From the NCBI GenBank assembly GCA_963702845.1, contig OY969763.1, forward strand, positions 1,440,001 to 1,504,000: a stretch of 64,000 bases of DNA, in the 5' to 3' direction. Under the pieces are notes generated by a model, which saw only the letters and a program-made list of their open reading frames with translations, made no database searches and was not told the DNA's origin. The number at the start of each line of letters is the position of its first letter. Within the stretch, counting starts at the first letter, position 1. Shown one piece after another: positions 52,121 to 62,342 of the stretch. The position numbers and the translations under genes were made by a program. Source of the DNA: an uncultured Verrucomicrobiae bacterium (GTDB lineage Bacteria > Verrucomicrobiota > Verrucomicrobiia > Limisphaerales > Palsa-1400).

Positions 52121-52349
52121 ATGACGCTGATTTTCACTTTGGGGATGGCAGGGGGTGCTTGCATGGGCGGTGCAGACGAAGAATTACGTGGAAGCGTTTC
52201 TTGCGATTGCTGCGCTTAGTGGCGTGGCGTCGTTCGCGATTGGGATTTGGGCCATCCAGCAAAACAAAACCTGGCTGGCCATTGTTTTGATCGTTATCGG
52301 TTTTGTTCAGTGCGTCACCGTTGCTTGTTTCGCGAGACAGAGAGGTTGA
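52121..52349 (+). CDS. small membrane protein with a probable +1 G in a G run near 52150-52155
   Basis: MTLIFTLGMAG joins VLAWAVQTKNY...; about three hydrophobic segments; GAGG upstream. Confidence 0.5.
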
Positions 52350-52351
52350 TG

Positions 52352-53389
52352 TCAGAACCGCCCATCGCGCGATTCGAAATGGGTGGGTTTGTTTAAGGTT
52401 TCGCCGCCGAGCACGATCCAGTCGCCGACCCACTCGATTAATTCTTGCGTGCTGACGATGGGCTGACCGAAGAGTTCGCAGGCACGAGTGGCGTTGCTGA
52501 CGAGGGCGGTTTCGGATTCTGTGCCGGTGAATGACGGCTTTTTGCCAACGCGAACGCCGAGTGTTTCGGCGACTTCGCGCACGTGCAACAGCTCCGGACC
52601 AGTGACGTTGATGATAAAGGGAGTGCCGACTGATGTTGAATCTAATTGCTCGAATGAACACAACGCCATGGCATTGGCGTCGCCTTGCCAGATGGTATTG
52701 AACCACGCCATGCCGAGGTCGATCGGCTGGCCTGCGAAAAGTTTTTGGGCGAGATCGACGAGGACGCCGTAACGCAAGTCGCAGGCGTAGTTGAGGCGAA
52801 TTATTGCGACTGGTGTTTGATTTTTTTTGCAGTGGTATTTGAAGACGCGTTCGCGGCCTAAACAACTCATCGCATATTCGCCGGCGGGATTTGGAGTGTC
52901 GGTTTCGATGGATGGCTTGGTTGGCGGCACGAGGCCGTAAATGTTGCCGGTGGAAAATGCCACGATTTTGCTGGTGGAGAATTTGCAACAGACGGACGCC
53001 GGCAAAACGGTGTTCATCATCCACGTGGCTGATTCGTTGCCGGTCGAGCCGAATTTCATGCCGGCCATGTACACGATGTTGGGAATTTCCGGCAGGTTTT
53101 CGAGAGCGGCGGTGTTGAGCAGATCGCAAGCGATTGTTTCGATGCCGTAGTTGTTTAATTTTTCCTGCTGCTCGGCGGTTGTGAAACGTGAGACGCCGAT
53201 GACGCGCCGTTTCACGCCCGCTGCATCTGACGCGCGCTTTGCCATGCGGGCGAGTGACGGGCCCATTTTACCGCCGACGCCGAGGACCATGATGTCGCCT
53301 TTGAGCCGAGCCATTGCTTCGGCGACGGGTAGCGATGGTTCGCTTAAGGCGTCTTCCAATTCCTGAACGTTGATAACGGGCAATCTCAT
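52352..53389 (-). CDS. NAD-dependent epimerase/dehydratase
   Basis: VLGVGGKMG, YMAGMKFG, FSTGNIY and RLNYA motifs. Confidence 0.88.
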   Translation of the reverse strand: MRLPVINVQELEDALSEPSLPVAEAMARLKGDIMVLGVGGKMGPSLARMAKRASDAAGVKRRVIGVSRFTTAEQQEKLNNYGIETIACDLLNTAALENLPEIPNIVYMAGMKFGSTGNESATWMMNTVLPASVCCKFSTSKIVAFSTGNIYGLVPPTKPSIETDTPNPAGEYAMSCLGRERVFKYHCKKNQTPVAIIRLNYACDLRYGVLVDLAQKLFAGQPIDLGMAWFNTIWQGDANAMALCSFEQLDSTSVGTPFIINVTGPELLHVREVAETLGVRVGKKPSFTGTESETALVSNATRACELFGQPIVSTQELIEWVGDWIVLGGETLNKPTHFESRDGRF

Positions 53390-54189
53390 TGGTGGCTGGT
53401 TGAGTGTTGGAGTTTCCACATGATGTCGGCGTAACGGTGGCCGAAATCGCGTTGAGATGGGGAATCGAAATGCAATTCGTCGCCTTTATCCTTTAATCCT
53501 TTTGCGGAAACGCAGGCGGTGTGTGGCACTTTGGAAGGGATCGCGTTTAGTTGTTCGTTGATCGATGCCGCGAGAGGCACCGGTTCGCGTTTTTTGCGAT
53601 TGATGAGGAATTCGCCCAGCTCACCGACGACGAACGGCAAGTCTGGCGAACCAAGGTCGGCGCGCAAATCAGAAATCATTTTGGCAAGGCGTTCTGCATA
53701 TTTATCAGCGGAATCTTTTGGGCCTGTATTCGATTCGCCTTGATGCCAGAGGACACCGGCCAAAATGCCGTCTTTCATTGCGAGTTTGGCGCGCTGGACT
53801 GAGTTCTCATACAAGTCTGCGCCTTTTTCCCAACGCTTCAGCGGAGTTCCGCCAACGGCAGTCGGCACCAAACCAATCGTCACCGACCTATCCTTTTCAG
53901 CCATTGCTTTGCCGAAGGCGAGCGCCGGTCCAACACCATGCTTAATATGTCCATCTTCGGTCACCGGTTCGACGGCGACTTGCCAGGTGTCATTCGTTTT
54001 GAACACGAGCACGTGCGGGTTCGGCGTCTTATCTTCTTTTTCAATAACGCCGCGACCGGCCATGTTCGATTGGCCCATCAATATATATATATGCATTTTT
54101 TCCTTGGGTGGGAGCTTTGCTGGTTCGGCGGCGTTTACGAAACAACTTAGGAACACGACAAACAGGACACAGGCGGTAGTGAGGTTCAT
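53386..54189 (-). CDS. SASA/CE6-type carbohydrate O-acetylesterase
   Basis: Signal peptide; GQSNMAG, WHQGES and DELHF motifs. Confidence 0.88.
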   Translation of the reverse strand: MNLTTACVLFVVFLSCFVNAAEPAKLPPKEKMHIYILMGQSNMAGRGVIEKEDKTPNPHVLVFKTNDTWQVAVEPVTEDGHIKHGVGPALAFGKAMAEKDRSVTIGLVPTAVGGTPLKRWEKGADLYENSVQRAKLAMKDGILAGVLWHQGESNTGPKDSADKYAERLAKMISDLRADLGSPDLPFVVGELGEFLINRKKREPVPLAASINEQLNAIPSKVPHTACVSAKGLKDKGDELHFDSPSQRDFGHRYADIMWKLQHSTSHQ

Positions 54190-54234
54190 AGTATTTTGAA
54201 TGGTTAGTTTGTTGCGACGAGGCACGTGTGATTG

Positions 54235-55011
54235 CTACAGGCGACGATGGACCTTGTGCATTGCGGCCTGGTCGGTTGCTTTGATCAGCATTTCATCAAC
54301 GCACATGTATGGCGGACGGCTCGCGACCCAGACCATTGCTTCGGCAATGTCTTCGGCGTGTAAGGGTTCTGTGCCGACGTAGGGCCTTTTGGCTTTCTCT
54401 GGATCACCTTTGAAACGGACTAGGGAGAATTCAGTTTCGGCGAGGCCGGGATCAATGGAGCAGACGCGAATGCCGGTGCCCCCCAGTTCCAGCCGCAAGG
54501 TGCGCGAAATCATGCGTTCGGCGGATTTTGCGCCGGAGTAAGCGCCGCCGCCTTCGTATACTTCATAGGCCGCGTATGATCCGACATTCAAAATCGCGCT
54601 GCCCGGCGCTTTTGGAATCATCGGCAGGACGGCGCGTGTGACGCGAAGGAGGCCCATGACATTGGTCTGATACATCGTTTCCATGTCCTCATCTTTTAGG
54701 TCGGCGATTTTGTCGAGGCCATGTGCGCCGCCGGCGTTGTTGATGAGCACATCGATTGTCGGTGTCTTTGTTTTAGCGAAGGCAATGAATTGTTCGACGC
54801 TGGCGGTTCTCGAAACATCGAGAGCATGTGCGTGCGCTTGCGTTGCACCTGCTTTTTTGCAATCGGCCGCAACTTGCTCAAGACGATCGACGCGACGGGC
54901 ACCAATTAGAATGTTTGCACCTTGTGCAGCAAAAGCGCGCGCGGCAGCCGCCCCGAAGCCGCTAGATGCGCCCGTGATCAAGACCCACTTGTTCTTCAAC
55001 GATGTTGCCAT
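54235..55011 (-). CDS. SDR oxidoreductase, YdfG-like
   Basis: ITGASSGFG, NNAG, YSGAK and PGLAETEFSLVRF motifs. Confidence 0.9.
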   Translation of the reverse strand: MATSLKNKWVLITGASSGFGAAAARAFAAQGANILIGARRVDRLEQVAADCKKAGATQAHAHALDVSRTASVEQFIAFAKTKTPTIDVLINNAGGAHGLDKIADLKDEDMETMYQTNVMGLLRVTRAVLPMIPKAPGSAILNVGSYAAYEVYEGGGAYSGAKSAERMISRTLRLELGGTGIRVCSIDPGLAETEFSLVRFKGDPEKAKRPYVGTEPLHAEDIAEAMVWVASRPPYMCVDEMLIKATDQAAMHKVHRRL

Positions 55012-55021
55012 AGTTCGAATT

Positions 55022-55089
55022 AACCATAGAGGCACGGAGACACAGAGAACAATTTTTCTTCATCTCTGTGCCTGTGTGTCTCAGTGGTT
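55022..55089. repeat. palindromic intergenic element built from 9-bp CACAGAG-like units
   Basis: AACCATAGAGGCACGGAGACACAGAG / CTCTGTGCCTGTGTGTCTCAGTGGTT. Confidence 0.7.
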
Positions 55090-55952
55090 CACTTTACCTT
55101 TCGATTTTTCACGCGCATGTAGTGAAACAAATATTGTTGGGCGTAGCCGGCATGTGGGCCGAAATGCGTTTCGGTGAATCGACGCAATCGTTTGATCGAG
55201 GCTTTTCGTTTTGGAAAGTAAAGCTGTTGGACGGCTTTCATGATCCAAACATCCACTGGAAACGCCTGGTCGAAACCGTAGCCAAATAATAAAACGCAAT
55301 CGGCAATTTTCACGCCGACGCCGGGGAATTTGAGCAGTTCTTCGCGTGCTTGCGCGAGTTCCATTTTGCGGAGCGATTCTAAATCCACCTCGCCACTCAC
55401 AATGGCGCGCGCGGTTCCCAGAACGTACGGGGCGCGGAAGCCCATTTTGCAGGCGCGAAGGTCTGCTTCCGTTACGTTGGCTAAACATTGTGCGGACGGG
55501 AAAGAGTAAGCAGGTGAATGTCCGTCCGGCACGGGAAGTGGAGTGCCAAATGTTTTGCAAAGGGTGGCCATGATTTGCTGGATTTGGACGATTTGTTTGG
55601 TCGAAGAACAGATGAAGGAGGCCAGGCATTCCCATGGCTCCTGTCGCAATAAGCGCAGTCCGTGACAGGATTGTAGCGATGCTTGCATCGGTACGTCTTC
55701 GGGAAATGTCTCGATGATCGCGCGGAGATTTACATCCAATTGCAAATAATGACGGAGCCAATTCCAATCGGTCACCGGAGCGGCAGTTTCGGCGAGCAGA
55801 GTGCTGCCGTCGGTGCGCAATCGAACCCAATGGTTGCTGATCACACCTTCCCACCAGCCATTGATGTGCTTCCAACGAAATGCCTGGCCTGAACTGAGCG
55901 TGGCGTTGAGGTCATATTCCTCAATAGTGATAGACGTTCGGTGCAGGTTCAT
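55089..55952 (-). CDS. 8-oxoguanine DNA glycosylase (OGG1-like, HhH-GPD)
   Basis: TLSSGQAFRW, LRQEPWECLASFICS, PGVGVKIADC, FPVDVW and GYAQQYLF. Confidence 0.92.
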   Translation of the reverse strand: MNLHRTSITIEEYDLNATLSSGQAFRWKHINGWWEGVISNHWVRLRTDGSTLLAETAAPVTDWNWLRHYLQLDVNLRAIIETFPEDVPMQASLQSCHGLRLLRQEPWECLASFICSSTKQIVQIQQIMATLCKTFGTPLPVPDGHSPAYSFPSAQCLANVTEADLRACKMGFRAPYVLGTARAIVSGEVDLESLRKMELAQAREELLKFPGVGVKIADCVLLFGYGFDQAFPVDVWIMKAVQQLYFPKRKASIKRLRRFTETHFGPHAGYAQQYLFHYMRVKNRKVK

Positions 55953-56059
55953 CTGATGAAGCAAAAGTGGCTGGCGAAGGCAAATCAACTTAAAAAGTTT
56001 TCAAAAAGCACTTTTACAACTGGCCGGTTTTGCGTGGTTGTAGCAGGGTATCATGAAAC

Positions 56060-56737
56060 ATGAGTCCCGACAAAAAAGACGTTTTGGAGGTTGCCACAGA
56101 GACGATGTCTCAGCGGCGCTTTCAGAATTTGCTCGGCGACCTGACGGGGTTGTTGGAGCAAGTCGGACGTCCTCCCGCACTGATTGCTTTGGCGCCCGCG
56201 CTGAATCCCACGCTGGTTCGGGACACGGCAAGCTTGCAGAAATTTCTCGAAGCTTACATCGAACGATTGTTGGTCCCGATCGAATTGCCGGCGATAGCGC
56301 GTGCGTGGAGTCATGCCTCGCGTGGGGAGACGCGTGAACTGATCGCGTTGGATCGGGAGTTGACGTGCGAACCTTTGCTGACGTTCTTCGCGAGCGCGAG
56401 CAAGGAAATTGGACAGGTCGAATTGGCGGCGTTGCGCCCGATGCGCGATCAACGCGTAGTGCAACGTTACTGGACTGCGATCGAGTCCGGCCAGGCACAA
56501 GGCTGGCACACGCTCGTTTACGGTCTGACTTTGTTTATCTACTCTGTGCCGCTGCGACAGGGACTCTGTCATTACGCGGAGCAGACGATATTCTCGCTGG
56601 CAGATATTGCCGCGCGTCGCGTTGGACTTCCGACAAATGAGTGCCGCGAAATTGCGGTGAAGGTCTTGGCCGAATTGCCCGCTTCGATTGAGAAGACGCT
56701 GGCGCCCCAGGAATCGCCTTTCGTTGCCGTGCGTTAA
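56060..56737 (+). CDS. UreF-like urease accessory family protein
   Basis: ELIALD...ASKEIGQ...H..VYG pattern resembling UreF; divergent. Confidence 0.55.
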   Translation: MSPDKKDVLEVATETMSQRRFQNLLGDLTGLLEQVGRPPALIALAPALNPTLVRDTASLQKFLEAYIERLLVPIELPAIARAWSHASRGETRELIALDRELTCEPLLTFFASASKEIGQVELAALRPMRDQRVVQRYWTAIESGQAQGWHTLVYGLTLFIYSVPLRQGLCHYAEQTIFSLADIAARRVGLPTNECREIAVKVLAELPASIEKTLAPQESPFVAVR

Positions 56738-56788
56738 GCGCGAATTTTTCTCGCGACTGGGGCAGGCGTTTCGCACAATACGCCGCCA

Positions 56789-58357
56789 ATGGCAAAAGCT
56801 TTTCTGAACGCAGGCGACTGGATCATCATTGTCGCTTATCTCCTCGGAATTATTGTGCTCGGCAGTTGGTTCGGCAAAGACCAACGCAACACACGCGATT
56901 ATTTCCTCGGTAGCAAAGACATTCCGTGGTGGGGAATCGGGTTGTCGATTGTCGCCGCTGAAACCAGCGCGCTGACGATCATTGGTGTCCCGGGTTTGGC
57001 ATACGGCGGAAATATTGGGATGATGCAGCTCATCATCGGCTACGTGATTGCGCGCGTCATCCTGGCGGTCGTGCTCGTGCCGCATTATTTCAAGGGCGAG
57101 ATTTATTCGCCTTACCAGATTCTGTCGAACACGTTCGGACAACCGGCGCGACAAACGGCTGCTGGTTTTTTTCTTTTAAGTGAAACGCTCGCGGCGGGTG
57201 TGCGTGTTTTCGTTGCCTGTATTCCGTTGCAGTTGATTCTCGGAATTGGGGAAGGGTGGTCGATTGTTTTGTTCGTCCTCCTGTCGCTCATCTATACTTA
57301 CTTCGGCGGAGTGAAGGCGGTAATTTGGACAGATGCGGCGCAGTTCGGGTTGTTTGTCCTGGGTGGATTGTTTACGATCTTTTACATCCCGCACCTGTTC
57401 CCCGGCGGTTGGAGCGAGGTGTGGAATTTCGCGAGTGCACACGGGAAACTCGCATGGTTCAATTCGAACTTCGATCCGCAAACACATCAGTGGCTCGGGT
57501 GGAAGCAACTGTTTCAGGACCCGTTCAATATTTGGATGGGCGTGATTGGCGGAACGGTGATGGTGATGTCGAGTCACGGAGCGGAGCAGTTGATCGTGCA
57601 ACGCGTGCTCGCTTGCAAAAGTGTGAAGGACGGACGCAAGGCGCTTACGTTAAGTGCGGTGGTTGTGTTTCCGCTGTTTTTCGTTTTCCTGCTCACCGGC
57701 GCGATGCTGTGGACTTACTACCAATATAATCCGATGCCGATTGCGCTGCCGGAGGCACGGCCGGGCATCGGGAAAAACGATTTTGTATATCCGATTTTCA
57801 TGCTCAGTGGCGTGCCGCACATTTTGAAAGGATTTTTGATTGTGGCGATTCTTTCGGCAGCGATGTCGTCGGTGAGTTCGGCGTTAACGTCGCTTTCATC
57901 GGTGTCGACGATGGATTTTTGCAAAAAGGTTTTGCCGCATAAGTCGGACGAGTTTTTCCTGAAACTTAGTAAAGGTTCGACCGCAATTTGGGCGGTATTG
58001 CTGATATTCGTGGCGTATTTGAGTCGTGAAGTGACGTCGGTGTTGGATATCGCATTCAAACTGCGCGGACTGACCAGCGGGGCGCTGCTGGGCGGGTTGT
58101 TATTAGCGATTTTTTGGAAAAAAGGACGGTCGACTCCAATTGTAATCGGAATGGTGACGTCGCTTATCGTGATGACGTATGTCAGCCCATTGGTGCAAGG
58201 TTTACCGAATTTGCCCGAGGCTATGAAGTTTCCAGTTAAGTTAGCGTTTGCCTGGTACACAACTTTCGGAACGGCCATCATGTTTTTCACGGCGTTGATT
58301 GCACGCGCCGTGCTGGAACCGAAATCGGCCGTGGCTGCTCAGCCGGCGCTGGACTGA
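56789..58357 (+). CDS. sodium:solute symporter
   Basis: YFLG, SIVAAETS, GGVKAVIWTD, QLIVQR and AAMSS motifs. Confidence 0.92.
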   Translation: MAKAFLNAGDWIIIVAYLLGIIVLGSWFGKDQRNTRDYFLGSKDIPWWGIGLSIVAAETSALTIIGVPGLAYGGNIGMMQLIIGYVIARVILAVVLVPHYFKGEIYSPYQILSNTFGQPARQTAAGFFLLSETLAAGVRVFVACIPLQLILGIGEGWSIVLFVLLSLIYTYFGGVKAVIWTDAAQFGLFVLGGLFTIFYIPHLFPGGWSEVWNFASAHGKLAWFNSNFDPQTHQWLGWKQLFQDPFNIWMGVIGGTVMVMSSHGAEQLIVQRVLACKSVKDGRKALTLSAVVVFPLFFVFLLTGAMLWTYYQYNPMPIALPEARPGIGKNDFVYPIFMLSGVPHILKGFLIVAILSAAMSSVSSALTSLSSVSTMDFCKKVLPHKSDEFFLKLSKGSTAIWAVLLIFVAYLSREVTSVLDIAFKLRGLTSGALLGGLLLAIFWKKGRSTPIVIGMVTSLIVMTYVSPLVQGLPNLPEAMKFPVKLAFAWYTTFGTAIMFFTALIARAVLEPKSAVAAQPALD

Positions 58358-58360
58358 TTT

Positions 58361-58963
58361 ATGGGGATTACTCCGCAACAGTTTGAGCAATTGAAAACGC
58401 GCGTTGGAGCAAAGCGCTCGCCAGCTCCAGCGATTGCACCGCTGGCAGCGTCGAGTTCTGCGCACAAGGTAATTCTTGGGCTCGATCCGTCTTTGCGCGG
58501 AACTGGTTATGGGATTATTCGAATGGCGAAACCGCACCCGGTTGCTTTGGTCTATGGCACGATCAAGTGTCCGCCGACGTGGGAACGCTCGCGTTGTCTG
58601 GTCGCGATTTCGCAGCAGTTGCGGGAAACGTTGACCAAAGCCCAGCCGACGGTATGCGCGGTGGAAGCTCTTTTTTATGCGCAGAATTTGCAGACAACCT
58701 TGATCATGGGTGAAGCGCGTGGAGCGGCGTTGGCCAGTGTTGCGGAAGCCGGGTTGGAGATTTACGAAATCGCGCCGCGCAAAGTGAAACAGGCGATTGT
58801 TGGGTACGGTGCCGCGCAGAAAATCGCCGTTGCCAAAATGGTGCAACGGATTTTGCATTTGCCCGAACTCCCAGGGCCTGATGCGGCAGATGCGTTGGCA
58901 TTGGCGCTGGCCTACGCGCAACAGTCGTCGGGATTTTCCGTTAGTCCGCCAAAACGAATTTAG
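58361..58963 (+). CDS. ruvC: Holliday junction resolvase with a ~35-aa N-terminal extension
   Basis: ILGLDP, VEALF, GEARG, VKQAIVGYGAAQK and DAADALA motifs. Confidence 0.93.
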   Translation: MGITPQQFEQLKTRVGAKRSPAPAIAPLAASSSAHKVILGLDPSLRGTGYGIIRMAKPHPVALVYGTIKCPPTWERSRCLVAISQQLRETLTKAQPTVCAVEALFYAQNLQTTLIMGEARGAALASVAEAGLEIYEIAPRKVKQAIVGYGAAQKIAVAKMVQRILHLPELPGPDAADALALALAYAQQSSGFSVSPPKRI

Positions 58964-61256
58964 TGCTGCAGATGTTTCTGCAGGAATTCGAATGTGCCGA
59001 CCCCATGTATCGTATGCGGGCCGTTGAAGAATTCGATTTCGGTGTCATTGCCGATTCCTAGTTTGTCGTAGAACCTGCGGACCTTTGCGTATTCTTCGGC
59101 GACCCATTCGTCAGGTGCGACGCCGTCGTTGTGACCGCGTTCGACCATGAACGGGCGGGGCGCAATCAAGGCTGCCATTTCGGCGTAGCTGAAAGTATTG
59201 CCGAGGTTCCATTCCAACATTTCGTATTCCTGCGTGAACATGTAGCTGTAGGGGCTATCCACCGTGCACACTTTTCTGATCCATTCGTTGAAGTCGCCAG
59301 AGCAAATGGAAAGGCAGTAACGGTCGAGGATGGGCGGAACTCGCATGGCGGTTTTGCCACCGTATGAAAGGCCGTAGAAGCCAATGCGTTTCGAATCGAC
59401 GAACGGCTGCTCGCTCAGCCAATCGAGAATGCGACCGTGTTGCGCGATGATGAATGAGAAAAGCGAGACACCGAGCGGATTGGCTTTGCGTTGTAACTGG
59501 CGAAAACTGTCGAAGCCGCGATAAGGATTTTGCGGAGCGAATACGACGTAGCCGCGATCGGCGAGTTGAGCGGAGAATCCTTTGTAAAAATGGTAGTCGG
59601 GATGATTCGGGTCGCGTGAGACGGTGCTTTCGGGATTTCCCTCGAGACCGTGCTGGCACACGACGACCGAGCGCCGTTCGCTGGGCTTGATATCGCGCGG
59701 GACGAGTAGGTAACCCCAGGCGAAGACGTCGGGATAAACGTCGAGCACGACTTCATATTCGATCCATTTCGGACTCTGGCCAATTTGGCGCGTGCGCGGG
59801 TTGAGCGGCATGGTGGGCGAGGGGAGCCGGCCCAAAACGTTCCAGAGTTGATTGCGCAGTTCAGGCGTTTGCTTTTCCCAGTCTGCGGCGTTGGTCGTGC
59901 TTGCTTTGCTCCAGAATGATACGTCGCGCACGTGAGCGGAGTCCCGCATGAGCGTTTGGGTGTATGCCGTCAGTTCTTCGATTTGACGTTGCTGCCGCTC
60001 TGCGGGGCTGAAGGCTGTTCGTAAATCGGTCGGGGCAGGTTTGTTCGACGGCGGCAGTTCTTCTTCCTTTCTGCCTAAAGCGTGCAAAAACTTCGCGAGC
60101 GCTTTTTCGCCGAGCGGGCTAGTCGTCATGCCTTCGTTACCGGAGACTAGCGCGATGTCGTCGGCAAATTTTCCATTCAGCAAAGTGCGCGCGCGTTCGA
60201 GTTCGTTTTCGACGGACTCGTATTCAATGGGCGCGATCTTTCCAGGTGCGGCACCATGACGGTTGTCGCGTGGGGCAGGCGGGCCCTGCACGTTTGGTGG
60301 AATACTATGTTCAATGATGAGCGCTCGCGGAGCGATCAACGTCGCAATTTCGGCATCCCCAAATTCCTTAAGCAGACCAAACACGTTTCGGTAAATGGGT
60401 TCCTGCAAAAGTTTTTGGCGCGATTCGAAGTAGCCGCTGACGAGTGTCGCATCGATTCGCGTGTCGAGAGCTGCGGAGTAGAAAGCAATCAAACCGGCCT
60501 CGCCATAACCGGCAATGCCGATTGGCTTGTTGGACGATTTCGCGAACCAATCGACTGCGGCGAGGACTTTCTCAACTTCATAGCCGATAATGTGGCGCCC
60601 CAGTTCGAAGGATTGGCGGTAGATCCATTCCCGATGCGGTTGGTTTGTAAAGCGGCCTACCTTGGTGCTGCCGGAAAACGTATCTTCGCGATTGATCAGC
60701 GTTGGAATGAGAATTTCACAGCCGAGGTCGGCCAGACTACCGGCTGGATTGGAAGCTGATCCCAGGCCGCAGAGCGTTTCGGGAGTTTGGTCGGCGTCGG
60801 GAACTAACACGACCTTTGCAATGATTGTATCCGAGGTTTTACCCAAAGGCCTTCAGCGTGAACACCGTCGAGGACAGGCCAGCGGACTGCAAAAATTTCG
60901 TAACTATCCGTTTCGGCGATCTTGGCGGAATTAGTCGTATTGGACACGTAATCCAAGCTGGAGAATGTGACGCGTTTATCGACGGCTCCGATGATTTTGC
61001 GCAATGACTCGCGATTGGGCGCGATGGATTTTTCGTATGCTTCGCGTGACGAAAAGTCACGGTGCCAAAGGGCAACGCGGCTGGCGATGGAGTCGTCGGT
61101 GGCGCGCGTGAGATAACGGTCAATTCCAGCGACCATGCTGGCGGAGCGATCGGCGTCGGGATCGAGAGGTTGAGTGTTCGGCAGTGATTGCGCCGAGGCG
61201 AATTCAATCCAGGAACAAATTGCGAGTGCAAAAAAAACGTGCCGAATGGAACTCAT
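58960..61256 (-). CDS. secreted double alpha/beta-hydrolase (dienelactone hydrolase/esterase-like), frameshift near 60830-60845
   Basis: Signal peptide; CQHGLEG, GFYGLSYGG, APRPFMVERG and GPH; two ORFs join at EGLW/IIAKVV. Confidence 0.8.
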
Positions 61257-61307
61257 TCGGCACGACTGTAAATTAATTGGAGCTAAAGTCGAGACGGTCT
61301 GGAATTA

Positions 61308-62201
61308 CTATTGGGTCCGTCCATTGTTCCCATTCGAATCGTCTTCGGACATAAGGTAGGTTTCTGTCCACGCGTGATAAGAAACGAATGAAGCATGTCC
61401 ATCGGTGAAAACCACATTAGCTCCCACAAGGCCGTGACCGTCCATCGGATTGGGAGCGTTTTCGTGATACGGAGCATGTGGTTCGAGACGGTCCATGATC
61501 GTGAAAACGCGCGAAGGACCCGGCTTGACCCCGTTGAGCTTTGTCCACAAGGGATCGGTCTGCCCGGCCATTTGATAACTCTGCACGGTAGAGAGCGTTT
61601 TTCGCGGAAAGTTGCCATCACCCAAATCGTAACGGTGCCAGAAACCGAACACTTCATAGCTGTGACCAGTTGTGGAGGTCTTGTTGGCGCCCTTAGTCGC
61701 TAAGTCTTTAAGCTCAAAATAAATGTCCGAGGAATTGACAGGCCAATTCACTGCGTTGTAATTACCGGGTGTGATGCTGTTGTAAGTCGTTGGGCAGACA
61801 AAACTCTTCACATTTGGGACATAGATGCCCTTATTGCCTTTGGCATTCGGTACAACTCCGTATAACCAATTCAGATCGTCGTCTGCCATTTGACTTGAGG
61901 CGCCATCGTAATCATGGGTATTCTTTTGTCCAGGAGTGACAGAGATCATGGTTCCAGTCAGCGAACCGCGCGGAGCAACATTCCCCGTAAAGACATTGTT
62001 GCCAGTATACGAATCTTCAGCAAACAATTGCTGGCCAATCCCCATTTGCTTCAAGTTATTTAAGCAGCTGATTTGGCGTGCTTTTTCTTTGGCGCGGGCT
62101 AACGCCGGTAAAAGCATCGATGCCAAAATGGCTATGATGGCAATAACTACGAGTAACTCGATCAGGGTGAATCCAGTGGGCTTCTGGGATGGACATTTCA
62201 T
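61308..62201 (-). CDS. prepilin-type N-terminal methylation / H-X9-DG domain protein (DUF1559-like)
   Basis: [24 protein letters not shown] and H...[10 protein letters not shown]. Confidence 0.9.
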   Translation of the reverse strand: MKCPSQKPTGFTLIELLVVIAIIAILASMLLPALARAKEKARQISCLNNLKQMGIGQQLFAEDSYTGNNVFTGNVAPRGSLTGTMISVTPGQKNTHDYDGASSQMADDDLNWLYGVVPNAKGNKGIYVPNVKSFVCPTTYNSITPGNYNAVNWPVNSSDIYFELKDLATKGANKTSTTGHSYEVFGFWHRYDLGDGNFPRKTLSTVQSYQMAGQTDPLWTKLNGVKPGPSRVFTIMDRLEPHAPYHENAPNPMDGHGLVGANVVFTDGHASFVSYHAWTETYLMSEDDSNGNNGRTQ

Positions 62202-62342
62202 AAGCTAAAGCTATGCGTAACCGGGCAACGGAGTGACGCTGTGCTTTGTAGTAAAATGTCACGACGGGTTGAACGCGTCAATGGATTTGTGTCCTGTGCG
62301 TTGCAATGCACACTCACTTTCGGACTTTGTCCGGTGCGTTAA

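Noticed and set aside
58361..58470. RuvC as a Cas/TnpB-like nuclease
   Set aside because: It is a canonical ~200-aa Holliday junction resolvase with only a short N-terminal extension and no associated RNA or array
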